Of a DNA stretch of 64,000 nt, positions 14,226-26,100 are shown piece by piece (positions within the stretch are counted from its first letter, which is position 1; each line of letters begins with the position of its first letter). The stretch is from Malacoraja senta. Lineage: Eukaryota. Made by a program: the position numbers and the translations under genes. A model generated the notes under the pieces. It was not told the DNA's origin and made no database searches. It saw nothing but the letters and a program-made list of their open reading frames with translations. The stretch lies in assembly GCA_038087875.1 (NCBI GenBank), contig JAXLNO010000110.1, forward strand, positions 310,001-374,000. The letters are read 5' to 3'.

Positions 14226-15926
14226 CAGAGGCTTGCAAAAGTATTCATACCCCTTGAACTTTTCCACATTTTGTCAGGTTACAACCACAAACGTAAATGT
14301 ATTTTATTGGGATTTTATGTGATAGACCAACACAAAGTGGCGCATAATTGTGAAGTGGAAGGAAAATGATACATGGTTTTCAAATTTTTTTACAAATAAA
14401 AAGCTGAAAAGTGTCGCGTGCAAAAGTATTCGTTTTTCAAATTTTTTTACAAATAAAAAACTGAAAAGATGTCCGGCGTGCAAAAGTATTTCAGCCCCCT
14501 TTACTCTGATACCCCTAAATAAAAGCCAGTGCAACCAATTGCCTTCAGAAGTCACCTAATTAGTAAATAGAGTCCACTGTGTGTAATCTAATCTCAGTAT
14601 AAATACAGCTGTTCTGTGAAGGCCTCAGAGGTTTGTTAGAGAACATTAGTGAACAAACAGCATCATGAAGCCCAAGGAACACACCAGACAGGTCAGGGAT
14701 AAAGTTGTGGAGAAGTTTAAAGCAGGGTTAGGTTATAAACAAATATCCCAAGCTTGAACATCTCACTGTTCAATCCATCATCCGAAAATGGAAAGAGTAT
14801 GGCACAACTGCAAACCTACCAAGACATGGCCGTCCACCTAAACTGACAAGCCGGGCAAGGAGAGCATTGATCAGAGAAGCAGCCAAGTAACTTGGCTTGG
14901 TAACTCTGGAGGAGCTGCAGTAAGCAGCCATGGTAACTCTGGAGGAGCTGCAGAGATCCACAGCTCAGGTGGGAGAATCTGTCCACAGGACAACTATTAG
15001 TCGTGCACTCCACAAATCGGGCCTTTATGGAAGAGTGCAAGAAGAAAGCCATTGTTGAAAAAAAGCCATAAGAAGTCCAGTTTGCAGTTTGCCACAAGCC
15101 ATGTGGGGGACACAGCAAACATGTGGAGGAAGGTGATTCTGGTCAGATGAGACCAAAATTGAAGTTTTGGCCCTAAATGCAAAACGCTATGTGTGGTGGA
15201 AACCTAACACTGCACATCACCCTGAAGACACCATCCCCACTGTGAAACATGGTGGTGGCAGCATCATGCTGTGGGGATGCTTTTCTTCAGCAGGGACAGG
15301 GAAGCTGGTCAGAGTTGATGGAAGATGGATGGAGCCAAATACAGGGCAATCTTGGAAGACAACCTGTTAGAGTCTGCAAAAGACTTGAGACTGGGGCGGA
15401 GGTTCACCTTCCAGCAGGACAACGACCCTAAACATACAGCCAGAGCTACAATGGAATGGTTTAGATCAAAGCATATTCATGTGTTAGAATGGCCCAGTCA
15501 AAGTCCAGACTAAATCCAATTGAGAATCTCTGGCAAGACTTGAAAATTGCTGTTCACAGACGCTCTCCATCCAATCTGACTGAGCTTGAGCTATTTTGCA
15601 AAGAAGAATGGGCAAAAATTTCAGTCTCTAGATGTGCAAAGCTGTAGAGACATACCCCAAAAGACTTGCAGCTGTAATTGCAGCGAAAGGTGGTTCTACA
15701 AAGTATTGACTCAGGGGGGCTGAATACTTTTGCACGCGACACTTTTCAGTTTTTTATTTGTAAAAAAATTTGAAAACCATGTATCATTTTCCTTCACTTC
15801 ACAATTATGCACCACTTTGTGTTGGTCTATCACATAAAATCCCAATAAAATACATCTACGTTTGTGGTTGTAACGTGACAAAATGTGGAAAAGTTCAAGG
15901 GGTATGAATACTTTTGCAAGCCACTG
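14226..15926 (+). mobile_element. Tc1/mariner DNA transposon, Passport-like, IR/DR type
   Basis: TA TSDs at 14224-14225 and 15927-15928. ~200-bp TIRs (CAG(A/T)GGCTTGCAAAAGTATTCATACCCCTTGAACTTTTCCACATTTTGTC) with inner DR GCAAAAGTATT(T)CAGCCCCC. Internal transposase remnant. Confidence 0.93.
14665..15709 (+). pseudogene. Frameshifted DD34E Tc1 transposase
   Basis: MKPKEHTRQVRDKVVEKFKAGLGY...WSDETKIE...[16 protein letters not shown]...[11 protein letters not shown]...WPSQSPD(L)NPIENLW...KGGSTKY*. Broken by several indels and an internal duplication. Confidence 0.9.
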
Positions 15927-15949
15927 TATGACAATAAAACACTCTTGAT

Positions 15950-16530
15950 TCTAAACCTGTGCTATCCATGTACTTGTCTACACGTTGCAATAGTCCCTGC
16001 CTCGACTACCCCCTCCGGCAGCTTGTTCCATACACCCACCATCCTGTGTAAAGTTACCCTTACCCTCAGGTTCCTATTAAATCTTTCCTCCCTCACCTTA
16101 GACCTGTGTCCTCTGGTTCTACTCTGGGCAAGAGACTCTGTGCATCTACCCACCTACTCCTCTCATGATTTTGTAGACCTCTATAAGATCACACCTGATC
16201 CTCCTGCGCTCCAAGGAATAGAGTCCTAAGCCTGCTCAACCTTTCCCTGTAGCTCAGGCCCTCGCGTCCTGGGAACATCCTCGTAATCTTCTCTGTGCCC
16301 TTTTATAGCTTGGCAACATCTTTCCTGTAACACAGTGCCCAGAACTGTACACAATACTCTAAATGCGGCCTCACCAACGTCTTGTACAACTGCAACGTGA
16401 CCTCCCAACTTCTATACTCAACGCTCTAAATGATGAAGGCCACTGTGCCAAAAGCCTTTTTGACTACCCTATTCTACCTGTGATGCCACACTTTCAACAA
16501 ACTATGTATCTGTACTCCTAGATCCCCCTG
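15950..16530 (-). mobile_element. CR1 LINE 3' fragment
   Basis: Decayed LYKTLVRPHLEYCVQFWAP..RTRGH coding on the minus strand. Confidence 0.8.
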
Positions 16531-19258
16531 TGCCAAACATAATGGCATGACCATAATCAATATTCCTCCCTTCCTGCGCATCTAAGAGTTTACCCAATTC
16601 TCTACAATGCCGCTATCGCACATGCATCAGCTGGCCAGGCAGCATCTGAGGAGGGAATGGATAGGTGATGTCTTGGATCGGAACCCTTTCGTTTTTAGTT
16701 TAGAGATACAGCGCGGAAACAGGCCTTCAGCCCACTGAGACCGCACCGACCAGCGATCCCCCCCCACTAACACTATCCTACACACACTAGGGATCATTTA
16801 CAATTGATATCAAGCCTATTAGCCTACAATCCTGTACATCTTTGGAGTGTTGGAGGAAACCGGAGAAACCCACGCAGGTCTGGAGAGGGGGAACGTACAA
16901 ACTCCGTACAAACCCATAGTCAGGCTCGAACCTGGGTCTCTGGCACTGCAAGGCAGCAACTCTACCGCTTCTTCATTCGTTCATTTTTAGCAGGAAAGAA
17001 GATGGAGGAGCAATGTGCAGAAGAAATAGGACAAGTTGAAATGGCTTCATGTGGGCAATTGCCAGCACGTTACGATTTTGGGTACACACAAAAAACCTGC
17101 GGATGCTGGAATGTTGGGAAAATCACAAAGTGCTGGAGGAAATCAGCATCTCTGGAGGGAATGGAGTAACTCAGACCATGTTTCAATCTGAAGAAGAGCC
17201 CCGAGCCAAAACATTGTCTGTCTATTTAGTCCACAGATGCTGCCTGACCTGCTGAGTTCCATCAGCAATTTGTTTTATGCGTGATGGTTTAGTACGGTGT
17301 CATTAATGGTAAGGTTCTGGGATCTGGCAAAAATACGACGTTTATATGTATAAATACAAAATGCAATGCAAACATGAAACTAAAACAGATCATGGAAAAT
17401 GCTGGAAAAACTACGGCCAAGTTTGCTTTGAGATTCTTCTTGTCTTGTGAACTCCAATAAAACTACTTCTACTAAATGACAGCACATAGCATATCTGCCT
17501 CAGGGGGCGGTGGAGGCAGGTTCTCTGGATGCTTTCAAGAGAGAGCTGGATAGGGCTCTTAAAGATAGCGGAGTGAGGGGATATGGGGAGAAGGCAGGAA
17601 CGGGGTACTGATGATGAACGGGGAATGATCAGCCATGATCACATTGAATGGCGGTGCTGGTTCGAAGGGCCGAATGGCCTGCTCCTCCACCTATTGTCTA
17701 TTACACAACACCGCAGCAGGTTATGGCCACTGCCTCACAGCGCCAGAGTCCTGAATTGGATCCTGCCCTCGGGTGCTGTCTGTGTGGAGTCTGCACGTTC
17801 TCCCTGTGACTGCATGAGTTTCCTCCGGGTGCTCAGGTTTTCTTCCACGTCCCAAAGACGCGCAGGCTTACAGGTTAATTGGCCCTCTGTAAATTGCCCC
17901 CAAGTGTCTAGTTTAGCCTGCACTTGGTCTCCCCGATGTACAGAGGTTGACACCTGGAACAGCGGATATAGTAGATGAAGTTGGAGGAGGTGCAAGTGAA
18001 CCTCCGCCTCATCTGAAAAGACTGTCGGGGTCCTTGGATGGAGTCGGGGGGGGGGGGGGGTGAGGTAAATGGACAGGTGTTGCATCTCCTGTGGTTGCAG
18101 GGGAAATTACCTGGGGAGGGGGTGGTTTGGGTGGGAATGGACGAGTTGACCAGGTGTGTAGGTTAATTGGCTTGGTATAATTGTAAAAAAAAATTGCCCC
18201 TAGTGTGTGTAGGATGGTGTTTGTGTGTGGGGATCGCGGGTCGTCACGGACTCGGTGGGCCAAAGGGCCTGTTTCCACGCTGGATCTCTAAACACTGACC
18301 CACACGTGATGGGCTCTCCCAGCGGTTGCTTGTTAAACGCTGAGAGGACAAGTACGAGTTGAGTCAGCACTCATTTTTAGGCCAGAATTGCGTTGTTTGG
18401 TTATCAAGATCATCTCATAAAAGTCTTGGAAAGCAGACACATCTAGCTCCCAATGGAAAGTGGTCATTGTTTTATCATTAGTCACAGGAAGATGAACGCA
18501 ACACAATGGAATGAGGCTTGGCATCAGTTATTTATAATCAAACTCACGCACAAGATTCACACAAAAGGTGGTGGGTGTACGGAACGAGCTGCCGGGAGGG
18601 GGGTGTAAGGAGGAACTGCAGATACTGGTTTAAACCAAAGATAGCAAACAAAAAGCTGGAGTAACTCAGCGGGTCAGGCAGCATCTCCGGAGAGAAGTGA
18701 CGTTTCGGGTCCTTTGAAGTTCATTTGAAGGGTATCGACCCAAAACGTCACCCATTCCTTCTCTCCAGCTTTTGGTGTCTATAGCTGGAGGAGGTAGTTG
18801 AGGCATGTACTTTCGCAACGTTTAAGAATTATTTAAACAGGTACATGGGAACATGAAGGCGGACGGCGGCGCAGCGATAGAGTTGCTGCCTTACAGCGCT
18901 TGCGGATGCAACTACGGGTGCTGTCTGTACCGAGTTTGTTCGTTCTCCCCGTGACCTGCGTGGGTTTTCTCAGAGATCTTCGGTTTACCCCCACACTCCA
19001 AAGACGTACAGGTTTATAGGTTAATTGGCTTGGGTTTATATACTAGGTATAAGTATAAATTGTCCCTAGTGTGCGTAGGCCAGAGGTCGGCAACCTTGTT
19101 CTGCCAGGACGCATGTCTGTGAGCGGATGGCAGGCCACATCTGTTTCCGCGCTGTATCTCTAAACACGTGTATACATGGATCCCGCCCCGGATGGCAGGC
19201 ATCAATAACACATGTTCACATAGATCCCTCCCCTTCGAGGGTGCCACCTGGAGCACTG

Positions 19259-19444
19259 GCCCCTAGTTACGGGCACTCACCAACATGGCGCCCCTAGTTA
19301 CGGGGCCTCACCAACATGGCGCCCCTAGTTACGGGGCCTCACCAACATGGCGCCCCTAGTTACGGGGCCTCACCAACATGGCGCCCCTAGTTACGGGCAC
19401 TCACCAACATGGCGCCCCTAGTTACGGGCACTCACCAACATGGC
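19259..19444. repeat. 31-bp tandem repeat, 6 copies
   Basis: GCCCCTAGTTACGGG(CA/GC)CTCACCAACATGGC at 19259, 19290, 19321, 19352, 19383, 19414. Confidence 0.97.
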
Positions 19445-20554
19445 GTACCTACGGACCATTCCCTTGGCTCTGTCCTGAAGGCGGCGGCTTAAATACTCAC
19501 ACTCACTCGGCCCCCAGCCTATTGACAACCCCCCATGCCGGCGGCTTTGCGCAGGATGCGGTACAGCCAGAACTTGGCGCTTGGCCCCGCTCAGACGCTC
19601 GACGGCTCTGCAATTGCGGCCGCCTGCGCAGGCCTCCTTGAATCACCACGCCTGGGCGCCTCGGGTCAGGGAGGTACCGGGGGTGACTGAAGACTGCCGG
19701 CCGGATGACTATATTTAAAAAAACGCCTTTGGGCCAGATGATTTCAGGTTACAGGCCGCATTCGGCCCGGGGGCCGTCGGTGCGGACTCGGTGGGCCGAA
19801 GGGCCTGTATATCTAAACTAAACTAAACATGGATTGGTACAAGTTTAGAGGGATGCAGGCAGGTGGGACTAGTATAGATGGGATCTATTGGCTGTTGTGG
19901 GCAAGTTGGGCCGAAGGGCCTGTTTCCACACGGTAAGACTCTATGACTCTCTCTCACACATACAAAAACATTCGGTCCAATCCTATTATTATTTTCCAAG
20001 TCTCGAAGTCACAACTTTTATCCCCCAGTTCCGGGGGGAAAACAGACTCTGCCTCTCCAGTCTCCTCAACACCCGTGTAGTAACAAAGAACTGCAGATGC
20101 TGGTTTATGCCAAAGATAGACACCAAATGCTGGAGTAACACAGCGGGCCTGGCAGCATTTCTGGAAAAAAAGGATCGGTGATGTTTCAGGTCGGGACCCT
20201 TCTTCATAATCGGCCTGATGAAGGGTCCCGTCCTGAAACGTCACCTATCCTTTTTCTCCAAAGATGCTGCCTGACCCGGTGGCACCAAGGTATAGTTGCT
20301 GCCTTACACACCAGAGATCCGTGTTTGATCCTGACTACGGGTACATTTTCCCCGTGACTGTGTGGGTTTTCCCCGGGTGCTCCGGTTTCCTTCCACACTC
20401 CAAAGACGTACAGGTTTGTAGGTTACTTGGCTTGGTATAATTGTAAATTGCCCCTAGTGTGTGTAGGATAGTGTCAGTGTGCGGGGATCGCTGGTCGGTG
20501 AGGACTCGTTGGGATGAAGGGCCTGTTTCCGCGCTGTATCTCTACACTAAAGTA

Positions 20555-21160
20555 AACATATCGGCGAGACCAAGTGCACACTGGCCGATCGTTTCTCTGA
20601 ACACCTTTGCCCGGCCCACCTTTAATCCTCCTTCCCATTCCCACCTTTCCAACCTGGGCTTCCTCCATTGTCAGAGTGAGGCCAAACGGCAATTGGAGGA
20701 ACGGCACATCATATTTCGCTTGGGCAGTTTGCACCCCGGCGGTATGAACACTGATTTAAGTAAGTTTATTGGCCAAGTATTCACATACAAGGAATTTGCC
20801 TTGGTGCTCCGCCCACAAGTAACAACGTGACCTAGTGACAGTTACGAATGACTCCGAAAACAGATTTCTCTAACTTCAAGTAACCCTTGCATCCCCTCTC
20901 CTTCCATCCGTCCACCACCCTAGTGGTCGTACTAGTTTCTCTGTCTCCCTGTTGAGTTTCACTGACTGTATAACTTGTCATCACCTTCCCCACAGCCAAC
21001 AATGGACCATTGTGGGCTCCACATTGCCTTGATCATCATTACTTTTTGCATATCTTTCATTCATTTGTTCTATATCTCTCTGTCACCATCTACAACTCTT
21101 GTTTCCCTCTCCCCTGACTCTCAGTCTGAAGAAGGGTTTCGACCCGAAACGTTGCCTACC
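20555..21160 (+). mobile_element. Penelope-like element fragment
   Basis: YIGETK..FNPPSHSHLSNLGFLHCQSEAKRQLEERHIIFRLGSLHPGGMN and a hammerhead motif at ~21125-21155. Confidence 0.8.
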
Positions 21161-21759
21161 CCTGGGAAAATTTCTGACTGTGAACGCCTCTCATAATTTT
21201 CTACACTTCTATCAGGCCACCGTTCAGCTCCAAAACCCCAGAGAAAACAATCCAATCTGCCCAACCTCTCCATATAACGAATACTATTTAATGCAGGCAT
21301 CGTTCTGGTAAACCTCTGCTGCACCCTCTCCAAAGCCTCCACATCCTTTCTGTAATGGGGGCGCCCAGAACTGCACGCAACACTCCAAATGCAGCCTGAC
21401 CAAAGTTTTATATAGCTGCAACACGACTTCGACACTTCGATGGACACAGAAAGCTGGAGTAACTCAACAGGTCAGGCAGCATCTCTGGAAAGAAGGAATG
21501 GGTGATGTTTCGGGTCGAGTCCCTTCTTCTGAAGAAGGTCTGAAGAAGGGTCTCGAACCGAAATGTCACCCATTGCTTCTCTCCAGAGATGCTGCCTGTC
21601 CCGCTGAGTTACTCCAGCTTTTTGTGTCTATCTTCAGTTTAACCCATCATCTGCAGTTCCTTCCTGCACATTCCAGACTTTGAGACTTAATGCCCCTTTA
21701 GCACTCTCTACTTGTGTTGGAATGATGAGAGTGGCTCCAGAGAGAGCGATCCCTTTCAT

Positions 21760-22335
21760 AAGTTCATAAGTTATAGGAGCAGAATTAGGCCATTTGGCAC
21801 ATCAAGTCTCCTCCGCCATTCAATCATGACCGATCTATCTTCCCCTCTCCACCCCATTCTCCTGCTGTCTCCCCATAACCCTTGACACCCGTACTGATCA
21901 TGAATTTGCCTTAAAAAAAAACATTTTGACACGGCCTCCACAGCCATCTGAAGCAATCAATTCCACAGATTCTGACACAAAAATATCCTCCTCATCTCCT
22001 TTCCAAAGATACATCCTTTAATTCTGAGGCTGTGCCCTCTGGTCCTAGACTCTCCCACTAGTGGAAACATCCTCTCCACATCCACTCAATCCAGGCCTTT
22101 CACTATTCAGTAAGTTTCAATGAGGTCACCCTTCATCCTTCTAAACTCCAGCGAGTACAGGCCCAGTGCTGACAAACGCTCATCATATGAAACCCAATAA
22201 TTCCTGGGATCATTCTTGTAAACCTCCTCTGGACCCTCTCCAATGCTGGCCGGCACATCCTTCCTTGGATAATAGGGCCCAAAACTGCTCACAATATTCC
22301 AAATGCAGTCTGACCAGTGCCTTATAAAGCCTTTG
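21760..22335 (-). mobile_element. CR1 LINE 3' fragment
   Basis: YDERLSALGLYSLEFRRMKGDLIETY coding plus CR1 3'UTR. Confidence 0.8.
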
Positions 22336-22611
22336 TGATTCGATGTAGCAAGGACAGGGGCGTGGGGAACCAAGAGAATTTGATGCAACACTGCGAAGGC
22401 CAGGTTTACAGAACTACCAGACAGCAGAGTCTGTAAGAGACACAAGGAACTGTACATTCTGGAATCGTGAGTTGAACATTAAGTGCTGGAGTAATTCAGT
22501 GAGGCAGGTGACATCTCTGGAGTGACACAAAGTGCTGGAGTAACTAAATGAGTCGTGAAGCATTCGGATGAACATGGACAGGTGATGTTTCGGATTGGGT
22601 CCCTTCTTCAT

Positions 22612-23385
22612 TCCGAGTGGTAGCGCCATCGCGTGTGGCAGCCTCGCCAGCAACTGTCTGTCCTTTCATCCTTTTTGTTATTTTTAGTCTGTCTAAAACT
22701 TTGTTTAGTCTTTTTTATGTGTGGGGTGGGGGGGGGGGGTAGGGGGAAACCGTTTTTCTCAGTCACTACCTCGCCGAGGATGCGTCTTTTCTCCCAGCCG
22801 CATCTTCGCCCCCTCCTACCATCGGGATTGGCGCGGCCTTTCCTGCCGGAGACCGGCCAGAGCTTCAGCGGCGGCGCAGCACCGAATTCCACCGCGGAGC
22901 GGGCGATGCCTTACCGGGATCACCGTGTGGAGCTCCGGAGAGCCTGCCGACTTTAACACCGTGGAGCTGTGGTCTGCGGCGCTGACTCTAACATCGCGGA
23001 GCCTGGGATCTTTCGCCGAGGTCGCCAGTGTTGGATCTCCGCCCAGCTCTGCCTGTAGACTTCGGAAGCCGCGGTCTCTGGTAGGAAGCGGCCGATTCGG
23101 AAACTCCAAGCCGTTGAGAGTGTTCTTCCGTTCCGACGTCGGAGTTTCACCATCCTGGCGAGAGGGCCTGGAACATTGGGCCACCGTTGCGGCGACTGTG
23201 GAGGCCTCAATAGGCCCCGACCACGGGTGAACATGAGGAAGTGGACTGAACTTTATTGCCTTCCCTCACATTGGGGGATGTTTCATGTTAAATTCTATAG
23301 TTGTGTTTATCTTATTTGTGTGCTGCATGGTAACTCAAATTTCACTGCACCAATTGGTGTATGTGACAATAAATGTCCTTTATCC
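22612..23385 (+). mobile_element. GC-rich non-coding element ending in a Rex1-type 3' tail
   Basis: CpG-rich body without a recognisable ORF. Ends AATTTCACTGCACC..GTATGTGACAATAAA like Rex1 3'UTRs. Interrupts a Penelope pLTR remnant (cccttcttca|...|ttcagac). Confidence 0.5.
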
Positions 23386-23509
23386 TTCAGACAGACTTGA
23401 ATCCAGAGATGCTATCTGAACCGCTGAGTTACTCCAGCACTTTGTGTATTTGTTTGGTAAACCAACACCTGCAGTACCTTGTTTCTACATCTCTGGAGCG
23501 ACATGGACA

Positions 23510-24250
23510 GCAAACATAGAAACATAGAAAATAGGAGTAGGCCATTCAGCCCTTCGAGCCAGCACCGCCATTCAATATGATCATGGCTGATCATCCCAAA
23601 TCAGTACCCCGTTCCTGCTTTTTCCCCGTATCCCTTGATTCCTTTAGCCCTAAGAGCCATATCTAACTCTCTCTTGAAAACATCCAGGAAATTGGCCTCC
23701 ACTGCCTTCTGTGGCAGAGAATTCCACAGATTCACAACTCTCTGGGTGAAGAAGCTTTTCCTCATCTCAGTCCTAAAACCCCTTATTCTTAAACTGTGAT
23801 CCCTGGTTCTGGACTCCCCCAACATGGGGAACATTTTTCCTGTATCGAGCCCGTTCAATCCTTAAGAATTTTATATGTTTCTATACGATCCCCTGAAGGA
23901 TCTCCTTATCCTTCTAAATTTCAGTGAATACAAGCCCAGTCAACCCGTTTTTTCATCATATGTCAGTCCCGCCATCCCAGGAATTAACCTGGTGAACCTG
24001 CGCTGCACTCCTTCAATAGTAAAATTGTCCTTCCTCAAACTAGGAGACCAAAACTGCACATAATACTCCAGGTGTGGCCTCACCAGGGCCCTGTACAACT
24101 GCAGGGGGACCTCCTTGCTCCTATACTCAAATCCTCTCGCTATGAAGGCCAACATGCCAATTGCTGTACCTGCATGCTTACTTTCAGTGACTGATGTACA
24201 ATGACACTGATGTCTCGTTGCACCTCTCCTTTTCCTAATCTGACACCATT
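23510..24250 (-). mobile_element. CR1 LINE 3' fragment
   Basis: MLAFIARGFEYRSKEVPLQLYRALVRPHLEYYVQFWSP..FFTQRVVNLWNSLP. Confidence 0.85.
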
Positions 24251-24594
24251 GTGAATTGTCCCTGTTGTGTAGGATGGAGCTAGTGTATGGGGTGATTGCT
24301 GGACGGTATGGACTCGGTGGGCCAAAGGGCCTGTTTCCACGCTGTATCTATGAAGTCATAAGCACCTTATATTTCACAAGAGTAGCTTACAACCCAGCGG
24401 TATGAATGTTGAATTCTCCCATTTTAGGTCATTTCTACAAACACTTCACCCCTCCTCCTCCTCCACTAAAAGTTGGTGAACCAGTTCCACAGTTCTCAAC
24501 GAGATGTAACCCTCTTGGGCTCACAATTGGCCTATCGGGGAACCTCCCTGCCTGAGGCCATTTGTCGTCTTGAGGCCTGTCCTAATGTTTTTAT

Positions 24595-25263
24595 CAAAGA
24601 TCCTATAGCAAGCAAGATAGTCCACTCAACGAAAAAGACGTAGTATGGTCATGGGCAGATTCATGGGTCCCGCACCAAAGACCCCATAGGATAATAGTGC
24701 GGAGACGGAAGCCGGTTACGGGAACATCCTCGTAAAAATAAAAGTTATTTGGGAAAAATCTTCTCCTCATTTTCAGAATTTTAATTTTTTAACACAAACT
24801 GTTCCACCGCAACATTGATTACACTGCGAATCGGGTCGGGTCGGGTTACTGAAATGGATGAAAAAAGGGCCCACGTTCCGCTCCGTTGCGTACTACACGT
24901 TAGGCCAAAGCGAGCAACACCGGAAATTGGAGGAAATGCACCTCATATTCCGCTTGGGCAGTCTACATCCTGGGGGCATGAACATTGAATTCTCCCAATT
25001 TTGCTAGCCCTTGCTGTCTCCTCCCCTTCATCAGCCCTCTGGTTGTCTCCTCCCATCCCCCAGCCCTCGGGCTCCACCTCCACCTTTTTTCCTTTCTTTT
25101 CCCCACCCCCTATCAGTCTGAAGGAGGGTTTCGGCCCGAAACGTTGCCTATTTCCTTCGCTCCATAGATGCTGCTGCACCCGCTGAGTTTCTCCAGCATT
25201 TTTGTGTACCAGCCCATTGCATTTAGCAGGAGTGGTCTATCTTGCTCCGCTATAGGATCTTTG
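24595..25263. mobile_element. MITE with 8-bp TSD (P- or hAT-superfamily), carrying a nested Penelope fragment
   Basis: TSD GTTTTTAT at 24587-24594 and 25264-25271. TIR CAAAGATCCTATAGC..AGCAAGATAG(T/A)CCACTC. Confidence 0.85.
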
Positions 25264-25469
25264 GTTTTTATTGCTTCCAGTCCCCTCCCCCAAAGAATCG
25301 GTCTGAAGGTAGACACAAAAAGCTGGAGTAACTCAGCAGGACAGGCAGCATCTCTGGAGAGAAGGAATGGGTGATGTTTCGGGTCGGGACCTGAAGAAAG
25401 GTCCTGACCCGAAACGTCACCTATGCAGTTCTCCAGAGATGCTGCCTGACCTGCTCAGTACTCAGTTCA

Positions 25470-26100
25470 GTTCAGTACTGTTCAGTTTCTTGTCACGTGT
25501 ACCGAGGTACAGTGAAAAGCTTTTGTTGTGTGCTAACCATTCAGCAGAAAGATAATACATGATTACAATCAAGCCATTTACATGATAAGGGATTAACGTT
25601 TAGTGCAAAGCAAAGCCAGCAAAGTCCGATCAAGAATAGTCCGAGGGTCACCAATGAGGCAGAAAGTAGTTCAGGACTGCTCTCTGGTTGTGGTAGGATG
25701 ATTCAGGTGCCTGATAACACCCAGGATGAAACTGTCCCTTAATTTGGAGGTGTGCGTTTTCACACTTCTGTACATTTTGCTTGATGGGAGAGGGGGAGAA
25801 GAGGGAGTAACTAGGGCAAGACTGGTCCTTGATTATGCTGCTGGCCTTGCCGAGGCAGCATGAGGTATAAACGGAGTCAATGGAAGGGAGTCGTGGTCGT
25901 GATCAGTCTGAAGAAGGGTTTCGGCCCGAAACATTGCCTATTTCCTTCGCTCCATAGATGCTGCTGCACCCGCTGAGTTTCTCCAGCATTTTTGTGTACC
26001 TTCAATGGAAGGGAGGTTGGATTGTGTGACGGTCTGGGCTGCGTCCACAATTCGCTGCAATTTCTCGCGGTCCTGGATGGAGCTGTTCCCAAACCGTGCT
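25470..26100 (-). mobile_element. Rex1/Babar 3' fragment with nested Penelope-derived piece
   Basis: Reverse complement of the same Rex1 3' coding and tail seen at 950-1600 and 33800-34235. Confidence 0.75.

Noticed and set aside
19259..19444. CRISPR-like 31-bp repeats
   Set aside because: Directly tandem with no spacers, no cas genes, and a vertebrate context.
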